DNA of 64,000 nt from Klebsormidium nitens. Its lineage: Eukaryota > Plantae > Klebsormidiophyceae. The position numbers were made by a program, and so were the translations under genes. The notes below the pieces were generated by a model. The model was not told the DNA's origin. It searched no databases and saw only the letters and a list, made by a program, of their open reading frames with translations. Position 1 is the stretch's first letter; every line of letters begins with the position of its first letter. Of this stretch, positions 1 to 12,400 are shown piece by piece. The DNA lies in assembly GCA_000708835.1 (NCBI GenBank), contig DF236965.1, positions 186,001-250,000 on the forward strand, in the 5' to 3' direction.

Positions 1-3000
1 AAGATGAGGCTCAGCATCGGCCTGCTCAAGCTCCACTGGTTGCCGCAGTCCTCGAACAAAACTATCTCGAAGAGCGTCTTCAAGATCTGCAAAGAGGAGG
101 TGCATTACGGCGTCCCTTTTTCCACTTTGAGAAAAGAGCCGACGAGTGAAAGTGGCCGCCAGCAAAATCTTTGGCTCACTCGCTATCAAATCCTCATCAT
201 GCAGTTGACGCAAAATTGAGCTTATTTTTGCGTCAACTCACCAGAAATTAATGAATTCAATGGAAATCAATTCACCAGCTATCGCCTGGCCGCTACATTG
301 TAAGGTCAGCAGCGACAGAACAGTTGGTCCAATATCACCGATAGCAAACAGTTGGCTGTTGCCAAGCGCTTGAATTGCCCGGGCTAAGCGCCAAGCCGTA
401 CCTCTGGGAATAGGCTTGGGCTCGCGGCAATATGCCTGGCTAGATTAACAGCAGCGGGCGTGGACGGCGCTTCGCCAACGGTAATATTGGAGAAGTAGAA
501 CGCCGCTAGGTTGTCGACAGAGGAAGCGCACTGCAACGTATCAGGCACGAGCAGTCAGACAAGGGAATCATACGAATGGGCCTAGATAACCGGGCAGCGT
601 GAATACACATCAGCGCACTGTGCTCGGCAACAGAGTGAATCCGAAGGCATGCGCGCTGCGAATCAATGATAATGGTACCAGATTATTCAAGGCATTGCAA
701 TACTAAGCCTTCCGTTGCAAACATTCTCATGCTAAAGCATGTATTAGGCCATGCAAATCTAAGCGGACGGAAGGCCTCAACTGTCACAAGCAAATGTGTG
801 CAGGATGAGGTACACGAAGAGCACCAGAGATATTGGGCCATCTTTTGGTGACTGTTCCTCACCTGCGAGGATATGCTGACGTCTAGACACTTGAGCCCCG
901 CTTCTAGGGACTGCATGATGTGGGCGAAGGTGGCCGTGTCGAGGTTGACGATCACGGCCGTGTGGTTGTGGCAGAGAACCTCCAGGAGGGAGTAGTATGC
1001 CCGCCCAAACTGCAGAAGGAGACCAGATGAATGTCAATAGAGCATATTTCCGGCCAGAATTTGGAAGGATTCCACTGTGACGACGCTGACAAGGGAAGGG
1101 CCTGCAGGGAAACGAGCAGCTCAGTGATTTCCAGAATCAGCGGAGATTCCTGGCGTTCCTAGTTGGCTCAGAGAGCTAGCGGCTCCCTCTGCCACAGTAA
1201 CGGACTCAGTCGCGCTCACCTTCCGGAATGCCAGGATGTCCGGGAGAGGGACGGACAGCGCCATCTTGAGCCCGATGTCGAGCGCGTCGGCCAGGGCTCT
1301 GTCCCCGTAGAGCTCAAAGACGCCAAAGTTGACGTAGTTTCCGGCCAGGGCTGTGGAAGAGCGTCCAGAAAAGCTTAGCGATTGGACGACTGAACCAAGT
1401 ACAGTAGAGTCACTTCGATTCTCAAGCGGTACCATTTCGTCGAAAAAGTTCCCATGGGCAGCAAGCCACAAAACTAGATTGCTTCAACAGTGGAAAGATT
1501 CTGTTGCAAGGATCCGCTTAGGTAAGGGCAGAGTTACTCAGCTACTTGAAACGGGGGGCTTCAAGTAGCTCCTGCGTCTGCAGGTCATTTCAGCTTCAAA
1601 ATATATAACCGGGTCAGGATAGCACGCTCACCTGCTTTTAGGATGGTGAGGGAGATCCAGATGCCCTTGTACTTGTTCGCGTACGGGTCGCTTGACACGG
1701 GCAGAAGGAGGACTCGGGTCCCGTAGCTCACGATCAGCTTGCTCACTTCCCGGAAGAGGAGGATGCCGTTCGGGGAGGAGGAGTCGAAGGTCAACCGCTG
1801 GGTCTTATTCACAACGAACTCGGCCATGAACTTGAGGACCGGGGTCGTCACCTGCAACCAGATATGACCGAGTACCGTGAAAAGGTACCAAATCAAAAGG
1901 CACGCTTCTCTCAAGCACCGCCAACCTGACAAGATGCTCTCATGAAATTCATTCCGCCACCCAAAGCTAGCACGTTGAGGAAGAGCCAAAAGGTAAGTTA
2001 CCCCTTTGAGTTGGATCCTTCGAAATATTTGGGTAATGGGAACAGAGAACACAAGCGGTAGCAACTTCCGTCAAAGTAGTCCTACATGCCTTCAGTCAGA
2101 AGCACATAAAGGCAGCAGGCACTGACAATTTGTGTCGTCTAAAAAGGTCACCTACCTCGGGGGTGTCCGTCCACACTTCCACAGATCTGGCCAGGAGGGG
2201 GGTGTTTGCTGGGTACAACCAATCAAAGAGGAGGCCGTATGTACGGCGGCTGGAGACGAAAAGAAGGAGGTCAGCAGGAAAAAACTGCTTCACCAAAAAG
2301 AAATGCAGAAGCGAAGAAACGACAGGAAAAGCCGTTTCATGCAAGTAGCTCAATCCAGAACATATGTAGGGGAAACAAGGGCGCAACGTTCCTCAAGAGC
2401 ATCAGCACCTGCGGAAGAACGAAACTTCAAAGAGCATCGTCCACCTTACCTGTTCGTGGCCATCGCGATACCTCTCAGATCCCTGAAGAGCCCTATGAGT
2501 GCGTATTTGACAGCGTCTGATCGGAACGCGGCGTCAGGCGTCGTCAGCAGCTTTGCCATGATCTGTACGCAAGAGCAAGTTGGCACCCAATCTTGCACAA
2601 ACCCCGTTGATGAGCGCGAAGGACAAGCAGAGAAGCAGGATCAAACGGCGCGAAGGACAAGCAGAGAAGCAGGATCAGACGAATGCACCGTTTGAACGTC
2701 AAGGCTTTCTAGTCCTCCTCCGTGCATCAAAAGACAGACGGGAGTCGATCCCTGTTTCACTTAGAGGGAAGGTGCAACTAACCGCCTGGAAAGGAGCTAT
2801 GAAGGCCTTGAATTTTGCTGGGCTGTCTTCCATGAAGAGGAGACGGCCGAGAGTGTAGTAGAACATCGTCCTGTTCCTCGAACTACTGTACTGGTCGAGG
2901 AAGGGGAACGCATCCCGCTGCAGTAATAGGTGGCTTCATATGAGACAGATTGGACGACACCATGGAAGTTGCGGGTTCCTGACAAAAGAGTTACGCTCTG

Positions 3001-6000
3001 GCAGCAACAGCACCCAACTGTTACTGGTGCGTTCTATATGAGGTAAGAAAAGCGACAATAAGCTAGCAGTGACTTCGTTCGGGGTCCTCTTCCTCTAAGG
3101 TAGAACATGGTGGAAGGATGCAGCACGTACCGTGTGATTTGCCAGGATGAAGTTGACGGAGTCGAGCTTGAGCAAGAGCTTCCCGCTCATGTACCTTCAG
3201 GAGAGCGAGAGCGTCAGTCTGAGCATGGCGGTCAGAACTTGCGCTCTTTTTTCAAGTTTCGAGACAGGTTCTATCCGTCGCACACAAGAGAGACACAGAG
3301 TCAATCGAGGCAAAGCACCGCACCAAACACCAAAATCCCAACTTACGTCGTTGTCTAAAAGAGCGATACGAAAGCGATGCTTCAGCCAGTTGTTCTCCTC
3401 TGGCAATGCAGCCTGATGCCATCAGCAGATCGTTTTCTTTCCTCGAAAAAAGGAAAGAAGGAAGTTACAGCCGCCCTGATTTTCAGCTCAAGACGGAGCT
3501 TCCTAGAACCCTGATCCCAAAAGCTTCGAAAAGACGCCTAGAGAGTCGGTACAAGCAAAGTCAACTGCCAAGTCCTCGATCTGGATTCGAAAATGGGCGC
3601 TCAAATCACACAAGAGTCAGGGTGTGCAGAGCAGGTCGATACCATGCAGACCTCTGGTCATTATCGAATTGCGGGATCTGAAGGCCTTTGAAACACAGGT
3701 GGAAGCCGAGGGAGGCAGCCCTTCAACTGCTCTCCGTGCAACCTGTCATTTTTCTTCCTTGCTCCGAGATGCGACGTTCACAAAAACTATAGCTTAGCAA
3801 TGCATGTTGGCAGCCAAAAGCGCTCACCCGGCAGCGAGTTCCTGGAACAGGTTCAGAGTGGCTTCTATGACTTCCTCGCAGAGCGTGTAGCATTTCAGGT
3901 TGGTGGCGATCTTTCCTACTGTGACGTTGAGAACCATCAGATGGTCTTGCAGGCCCAGGAGCTCGGTTAGGCGGGTGTAGAGTTGCTGCAGCCAGAAAAC
4001 CGTCGAAAGTTTCATTTCAAGTTCAGAGTGCTATTGACCGTCTTGACCCAGATTTGATGTGTTTGCGGCGCGGCCCTTGAGACATCGAAGGGCGTATCAC
4101 ATGACATGAAGCTCAGCACGGCATGCTAGTAAGGCAGCAAGTGTTTGTCCTTATCACAATCAGGTGTTTAGGAGCCTTGGAAGCAGAGGACTTGCTGCAA
4201 GAAAGAAGTCTTTGCAGGTGCTTGCCTTTGACGAGTGCATTGCTTGATCCCCGACGTAGACCCGCCGGAAGCTCTGGAAGAAGGCGAGAATAGCGGAATC
4301 CAGCCGCTGTTTACTCCGCTCTTGGTACCGCTGCAAGAGATGGCGCATCCGTCAGGCTGATGTTGAGGGGCAAGCATGCTACGGCGAAGCTTGCAAATAG
4401 GTCGCAAAATAAGCTTCACCAACATTAGGTCCCCTAGCTTGCTCGACAACCCGTTGCAAGTTTGCAAGGAGCAGATATTCACATTTTGACCGCATCGCAA
4501 TACAGATTTAGTATCTCCATGTTCGCTATCGATGATTCCCCTGATTTTCAAATAGGGGCAGTCCGACCAGATTTAATTTGATGGGAACGCTTACAGAGAA
4601 GTCTCTCCGGACAAGCTCAAAGTACTCGCGTTGCCTCAAAGGCACTGACCTGAGCGTGGAACCCCGTGTCTGACACCTGAATCAACTGGAACACCCTCGC
4701 AGCGAGCTCGCCGTCGATCACCTCCTGGGACTCAGCACTGCAAAGCGAAGAAAGGCAGTCATTACGGGTTTTAAGGCAGACAACCACTTGGGATTTCTAC
4801 GTTCTTGATCAGGGACGCAAACAATCGCTTCCCATGTGCATGGTCCTCAATCAGCAAGCTCCACATGACACTCCGAACTGTTTCTCTGGCTGCGTGTCAA
4901 TGCATACCTGCTCGAACTCATCCTCCCTCTTATAATCGCCCCGATTATATGGACAAGCCACGTCAGCTGTCCATCCATCACCGCGATCTGGGCCGCGTTC
5001 CCCTGAACCTGCCCCGCTTCAGTGAAGCGCTGAAGCAGGGGCTCCATGAGCGCAATGATGTACTTGGACGTCTTCTCGTACTGCAGGGGCGGCAGCGGGG
5101 CCAAAGGTCAGCGCCGCTCGTCTAATCCTGTACATGACAAATTGATTGCGCGAACATCCAGACCAGCTCCGTTCCACTTGGAAGAAAGGTGTACGGTCGC
5201 TCAATCATGAGAAAGCTCCTCAGCTTAGAGCGACAAGCAAGCATAGGGTTGGTCGCTAACAAGTGGCCAACCCGTACAGTGAGTCAGAAGCCCGCCAGAG
5301 CTGCCCTGTGGACTCTGTGCAATAGTAACGGTTCGAAACCGCTCACCTGGAACCGACACAAGTAGGGCAAGCTGTCTAGTTGGTCCTGGAGCTGCTCCTC
5401 GTTGTCCAGCGGATCCTCTCCGGTGGTGCCTTGGAGCACCGTCTGGACGGAATCCAATCTGCCACAGCGTTGCCACTGTCAGTTGCTTCATTTTGAATTG
5501 CACAATGGTCCCTCTCATTCTGCCTGCTAGAAGATCAAAACACTCAAACTTGTTACAAGCCTTTGGACATGCGTCAGATCGCAATGGTTTTGGCCGCTTC
5601 AATTGCAGCTCAGATGCGGACTTCAAACCCACCTGGACGTGATGTAGGCTTCCGTGATCTTGGGCACAAAGCCCTCTAGCAGGCTTGGCGAGTCGCTCTT
5701 CAGGTACGGCATCGAAGACACCAAGCGGGACCACAATCCAAGCAGGTAATAAACGCTGCCACTGGCCCACTGCAGTCAACAATGATCCAATTTGAGACCT
5801 TTCTTTGTTCCTGTTCAGAACGGTTTGGCCACATACGTTGTCCTTCCTGGGCGTTCTCTGATCGCAGCACTCAACATATGCGTCGAGTACTATGCCCAAG
5901 ACGTTATCAGGAGATGAGCGGGCAACCAGAATCTGCATCAACCAAGGCAGGAGTACTTCATAGAGAACACTAAGTCAAAAGCACTGACCTGCCAGCTTTG

Positions 6001-8637
6001 GAGGGACTTGATGGTAAACTCGGCCACCAGTCTGATCCAGTCGGCATAGTTCTCCACGTTTACCAACTCGGACAGCTGCATTGAAGACAGGACGTCTCAA
6101 TCAGAACACGCGTTTCCTCCAAAGCAACTGTATTCGAAAACGCAATAAGACGCCAAACAGAAGGCCTCCACTCAATACATCTGATCACAGACGAAAGCAG
6201 AGTCCTTACTTGATAGTTGGTCTTCAACCTCCCCAGTAACCGGCAGTACTCGTGATAGTTGTCGTGCTCCGAAAGGCCTGCAAACGAAGGCAGGAAATGG
6301 TCACGTGAAATGCATCCGGATCAATACCTCGATTGGACGAGACTTGGCCTCTGCGGAATCCCAACCTTACCTAGATGGTCAAAACTTGAAATCACCAATC
6401 AGACATGCGGAATACCAGACGACATGAGCTACAAGTTGGAAACCTGAAGCCATGCAATTACACAACTCCTCACCTTGTTGTGTTCTAAGAATCTCTCTGG
6501 TTCCTGTCATGAGGTGAGACAGGAACTTTGACCGTTCCGTTTCGCCCGAGAAGAGTGACCTCCGTACCGATGCTAATCGGACAAGGCACTCCAGAGCCTG
6601 CAGAAATAGTCAATGGCAAGTAAGCAAAACAACCATGACACTTCTTTCACCTCCTTTCACAAACCTTGCCTGTCAAAGATTGCTGTCATAAGGACAAACC
6701 GATAAATAAAATGGTGCCACTTCGACAAATTGTGCCACTTCAATATGAAAGTCCTCACCTGGTTGGAAAGTGGTGGCTTAGTGGATGAGTAGTAATCCAA
6801 GAAGAGCTGCATCGTGGCTGTGTCCTCAATGACAGGCCTCCAGGACGAGGGGATCTGTTACAACATGGAGAAAGCATGGTGAGGTCCTACAGACTCCTGA
6901 ACTCATCTACATCTACTTTGTGCATGCCAGGGCACGAAAGCTGTCCTTACCAATTCTCTCGCTTGTTGTCTCGCTTGTTGTCTTGCAGAATACATGGAAT
7001 GCAAACTGCTGAAACTGACTGCCATACCCTCCAGATAAAAGTAGGTTCACATGTGACTAAGTGTGGAAGCCTCACCTGGATGGTCCCGAGGTCTTCCGAA
7101 CTCTCATCCAGTGATGTCCCAACGAAGTCGAATGACAAGCACTTGAGTGCCAAACCAATCGCTTGCTCCCGCAGCTTATCATCGGCTGCAGATTTCAAAC
7201 GATCCCGTCATTGTTCAGAGTCCAGAGTAGAGTGGCCGATACCATGCTAGTGCGACATCAATCTTGTGACGTCGAAGAATCATTCTCAAGTCGATCTTTG
7301 TACAAGTGCTTGTACATCAACCTCTTGAGAACGGATATGGCGGAACCTCACCATTGGCCTGCAATTGTCGCAGTGACGTGAGGGAGATCTGGAATGTCTC
7401 AAAGAGTGCCAAGTCCCGGAATGAGCAGGCGGTCTTCCGGTGATGGGTCAGAGACCGACCAGGTGTGGCCTGAAGAGAAAGTTGGGCCGTGAGTAACAAG
7501 CACAGGTTTATTTCAAAGCAAGGGTTGGGCGACTCTGAGGCAGACTGTTTGAGTAAGTGAAATGAGGCAGACTGTTTGAGTTAAGTGAAATTCTGCTTTT
7601 CAGCAAGCCATGCGAACAGTATTCAAAGAATCCATTCAAGCAGAAAAAGGAAAGTGGGGCAGAAGCACCACCTGATTCATCTCCGCCACCAACTGGTTCA
7701 GAATCTTCAGACCAAGGTAGAAGTGATCAAGGGAGCCCTGCATGATCCGGACAGCAAAAGATGGTTATTGAGGACTCAAGGTAAAAGAGACCATGAGCAA
7801 TGGAGAGTTCCGCACAGCCTGCAGCCTCATCACGGTAAGCGCTCAGACACACTGTGCAATTAAATGAGGCAAAGGCAGGATCTGACCAACTTCTGGACGG
7901 CAAGTGCCAATATGCCCGGTCCAAGTTGTCCAACTCTGACATGAATGACATAAGTGTAAGAAAAGTTACCACCACCAGTTCTATGATTACCTGGGCCAGA
8001 AACTTCATTGCTTCTTTCACAATGTCCCGATGGCGGTCATCGTCGTACCAACCAAGTTTCGTGACTCGACACAGTAGTTGTATGAGCGAAGTTGTAACAA
8101 AGGGCTCAGCTTTCGGCCCCTTCGTGGCCAGGTACGAGACCACATAGTTTCCTGCAGCACACAAGATACTCTTGGAACAGCTCAGATCAGCAATGCTGGT
8201 CCCGGGGTTGCCACAATACAGGCGAAGGATCAACATGTTCACTAACCATCACAATAAGCGTTCCGCATGCAATTTACAGCCTTTAGCGCAATTGAGTATA
8301 TATGTGCCCAGCCTGTTCGCCAACAGATGCCAATGTACTCCGCTTGCTGCATGGTAGCCCATCAACAAGGCTCTAGAGAAAGCAGGTAGTCCTTACGAAT
8401 ATCGAGTCGAAGCTGAGTTGAGAGAGTGTTGTCCGTGAGGAGTTTGACAAGGCTGGAGCTTGCCAACAGCTGGGCATAGGGTGATGCCGAATTGTCGAGA
8501 ATGTACTGACACTGGGAGATGTAATCGGTGTTCACCGAGAACACTGCCAGCGTCTGCTCTGCATGAGCCCGCTCCTGGGGATTGCTAGAATTGTACAGGC
8601 GCTCACACAGCGACTCCAACTGGGCCAAACTCTGCAT
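1..8637 (-). CDS. XPO7: Exportin-7 (importin-beta family), multi-exon; 3' end continues beyond position 1
   Basis: ATG at 8637 ([17 protein letters not shown]...). Exons join in phase at canonical splice sites, e.g. 8637-8397, 8151-7991 and 7737-7672. Peptides include [90 protein letters not shown] and, at the window edge, [28 protein letters not shown]. All match plant exportin-7 as recalled. Confidence 0.95.
2614..2677. repeat. 30-bp direct repeat (period 34) in an XPO7 intron
   Basis: gcgcgaaggacaagcagagaagcaggatca occurs twice, exactly. Confidence 0.9.
3986..4225 (-). other. GC-AG intron in XPO7
   Basis: The exon ending HSSK (AAG|GCAAGC) joins CAG|CAACTCTAC (QLYTRL). The conserved peptide requires this join. 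Confidence 0.7.
7536..7590. repeat. 27-bp tandem duplication in an XPO7 intron
   Basis: tgaggcagactgtttgagt(t)aagtgaaa occurs twice. Confidence 0.9.
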
Positions 8638-9167
8638 ATTGGCCATCTTTTTGCAGATTGGAACTCTATTGTAAACCCTCCAGGCAAGTACTTCAAAGTG
8701 GAAACTCCAACATGGGAGGCGGCCTTAGAAAAGACATCAGCACTGGCTGCCTGGAACTTTCATGAGGAACCTGCAAAAGCGGTCAATGCGCAACCCGCCA
8801 AAGGAACTAATTGCATGGCAAACCTACTCATCCATTTCGTGCTCACATATCGATCCGCACCAATGGAAACTCGGGCTGATCAGGAAAGCGGGTCAATGCT
8901 GTCCGTAATGCAACCAGAACTCTTTCTAAACACCCAAGCGTTGGCACCTTCCATCCATTACTTGCAGCATCGTTGGCTGACAAAGAGACACAACCTTCGT
9001 CCGGAAGCCTGAAGGAGGACCAAGATCAGGCCAGGTTGCAGGCGCCTTAGCAAACAACACGCTGCTACGTAGGACTAGCGCATTGCCCACATGTATGGTG
9101 AAGAATGCAGGAGGCACGTGAGGAGAGGAAGCTATCTTAGGTGCCAGCTATTGACTATTCTCATATT

Positions 9168-9175
9168 TAGGGTTT
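9168..9175 (-). promoter_or_regulatory. Telo-box (AAACCCTA) in the XPO7/TTL divergent intergenic region
   Basis: TAGGGTTT on the plus strand. A second copy lies at 19278-19285 in the PCD/p101-like divergent region. The motif is short, so chance occurrence is possible. Confidence 0.35.
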
Positions 9176-9495
9176 CAAATTTGGTGGCGACGTTTGGTTA
9201 ACTCTCAAAGCCGAAACTACAAGCTTCTCACCCCAACCTAGTTTCCAGCGGTTCCTTCTTTTGCGTTCTCCATCTATCTCTTCTCGTCTCGAGCATGCCA
9301 ATGCAGGGCGTTCTAAAAGCTTGCCCGGCATGAAGCTTTGTGCATGATGCCAGCTCGGAACTCGCTTGAGGCATCTATTGCTCGAGCAGGATCGCTTGGA
9401 CGCTTTGCACAGCTTATTGATATAGATTTAGCTGCGTCTTGAACGACGTCCTCTCATATATCCAGATTGGTGGTCGAAGCTTGGACGTCAGCAAC

Positions 9496-12400
9496 ATGGG
9501 TGGCGGCGACAAATGTACTCCTTCATCTGAAGATGATGCTCACGACGTCAATGGAGGACATGAGAAGCAGCAGGGGAGCAAAGAAGCCGAAGAGGTACAT
9601 TGTCCTGCAGGAAATTGACTCTGGTTCTTGTGCATTTTCTTTAGTTTTGGGACTTGTGCTTTGATGCAATGCCACATCACGGCCTGAAAGTGCCATGCAT
9701 ACAATTCAATGTCTGCTGAACTTGATCGTGCAATGCTGTCAATGCACAGTTCAGTGTAACAAGTGGGGAGAAATAAGTGGTCGATGCTTGAATCTTGCTA
9801 AAACGCCAATGATGCTGTTCAGTCAAAACAGGCAATCATGCCAACTTTTGATCAAGCAAGGAGCAAGAGCCTTTTGCGATTGAGCAACCGCTAGGAAACT
9901 TGAGAGCGGGTGGTGTTATTCGAAATGAGAACATCGAAATGAAACAACTGAACCTTGGAGCGGAAAACTCTCTCTCAGACTCGCTTCCACGTGCTCCCTC
10001 TGCAGCTCAAGAACCAGGGGAATGAGCTGTATCAAGCTGGGAGGGTCAAAGATGCACTATCCAAATTTGACGAGGCCGTCTCAAAGTCCCCCGATGTGGC
10101 TGTCTACCGAGCCAACAAAGCAGCAGCTCTGTCCAGCCTGGGCAGGCTGGGGGAGGCAATGCTGGAAAGCAAGGTGGGCCTGCTTAACGACTTCGGCGGC
10201 GGGAACGTTCTGAAGAGGCGTCTTTCATGGATATATCATTCATCTGAGCTTGGAAAGATTGCCTTTGTGCTCAATTGAGTGTGTAGCGTCACCCACATGG
10301 ATTTTGACCATTGATGTCATTCTTGCTTGGCTTAAGGCCTTCTCTAAGTTCCAAATCTATAAGACCTGGAATTTGTAGCGCATCTTTAGAGTGCATGTGT
10401 TTAGCGATTCTGTGGAGGCCTTTGTCTAGTGTCCAAGGCAAGCTTTTTGGTTGAGCCTTTTGACACAAGATACCTCAGAAGAAGAAGGCCATCTTGTTGC
10501 TTCTCAATACACTTCACATAAACTGATTGCATATGCATGACAACCAAAACAAAGCTTCTGTCTGCTGCAGAAAGCAGTAGAGCTAGACGACAACTATGCA
10601 CGAGCCCATGAACGGCTGGCAAACCTGTGCCTGAGGCTTGGAAGGTTCAAGGAGGCGAAGAAACACTTCGAAAAGGCTGGCGAGGGAGGAAAGGATGGTC
10701 AAAAGCGGGCTGACCAGGTGAGGGATGTCAAACCTGGTGTGCCTCAATCAGGCTGCTAGTACGTATGAATGGGTGTGAGAGCGGGAATGAATCAGATGTG
10801 CATGAGACGGACTTAGCTTAACCTTGAGGCGTTGATCTTGTTTTGTTTCGAAGGCTGAGGTGTCTGCTAAACACGGGGCACCTTGGGCAAGCAATAGAGC
10901 TGGACCTGCATACCGCAAATTCAGTCAAGGGTCGATCCGAGGAGAATCTTTCTCGATTACACCAGTCAACTTCTCCTAGATCAATATAGAATCATTGTCA
11001 AGGATTAATGAACATAGAGCAGAGGTCAGTGCAATTCTTGCACCTAAAGCTCTTGTATGTGACTGGAAGACAGACGAGAGGCTTCAGGGGTAAGTCGTAT
11101 TGACTCTCTAGTTCGCCCTTTGTTCCGCAGACTAGATGTTATCTATAGCTAGAGCATCTTCGCTCGGACCAGTCGCTACCCTCTTGGAACTCCCAATCTC
11201 ATGGCACTACATCGTTATGTCATTACCATTTTCCATCAGCTCACTGCAAATCCGGTCAAACCTGGCCGCCTGACCTGAGTCCGGTTTGAGCCTGTCGCAA
11301 AACTGTACCCAATGCGCACAATCCGGACCCTTTGATGTCCTGGATGCTAAGGAACGGACGGCCGAAGTTCTGCATCTTTGGCCGGGATTTTGCAAAAACA
11401 TCAACATAGTGATTGGGTCAGGCCAGGTTTGACCAAACTCGCAGTATCATCGGATCAACAGCCGCCCTCTGTCTCCAGCTGGATCAGCACGCCAAGGCCG
11501 CCTTGTGTGCGCGTGACAAGGGTGAGTGGGAGAAGGCACTGCGAGAAGCGGACGCCACAATTCAGGGGGGCGCCGACGCTGACTGCACCCTGCTGGGAGT
11601 GAAGGCAGAGGCACTCCAGAATCTGGGCCGGAGCGACGAAGCGGAGAAGGCGCGTGCGCAAGCGGAGAAAGCGGCAGCGGATGCAGGGACACCGGCCATC
11701 AGGGTGAGCAACGGACAAGGAGGGTCTGCTGTAGGCCTGTGTAAGTTTGTCTAATGGGGAACCCTTCTCTGAAAATTTCGATGTCGGTGGAAAATGTGGG
11801 GGAGTTTGCCTCGTAGTCCGGGTTTGCCGGCTTTCGTATGGAGAGATTTGCTTCCTTGTACGAGGAAGGAGACGAGATGTTGGTGAGCTGGCCTGGTTAG
11901 ACTTCAGCCCCCACCGTCTGCACTTTCCTTTTTCAAAGTGCTATTGCTTATGCTGGTGCTCGGCGATGACGCAAACGGCTCCGGTCAATTAATGACGCCT
12001 TCTGTGCTGGATAGCTGTGAGCCGTGGTAATGACACGGTTGTCCTCGTCTGTATGCTGTCTTCATCTTTATCTTCGGCGTCGCAACGATTCAATAGATGC
12101 CCCATGGGCCCCACGCTTCTCTTCCCTTCAGCAGAAGACGTTTGCTTCAAGTTTTTAAGAACGAGCCCCTCAAAAGAGTCTCCCGTGTTCCCTCTCGTCA
12201 GGATCCGGTCATCTCCATGCTGCGCGCGAAGATCGCCGCCTCGACGGGCAACTTCGACGGCGCCGTCGCGGCCGCCGAGCGCGCCGTGAAGCTCGACCCC
12301 GACAACTGCGCCGCCATCCAAACCTTAAAGCAGGTGCGCGCGCTGGCAAACGCGCGCACCCGCGGGAACGACCTGTTCAAGGCGGGCGACTTCGGGGGGG

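Noticed and set aside
4-219. Plus-strand 71-aa ORF at the window start
   Set aside because: It is the antisense shadow of an XPO7 exon ([25 protein letters not shown] on the minus strand).
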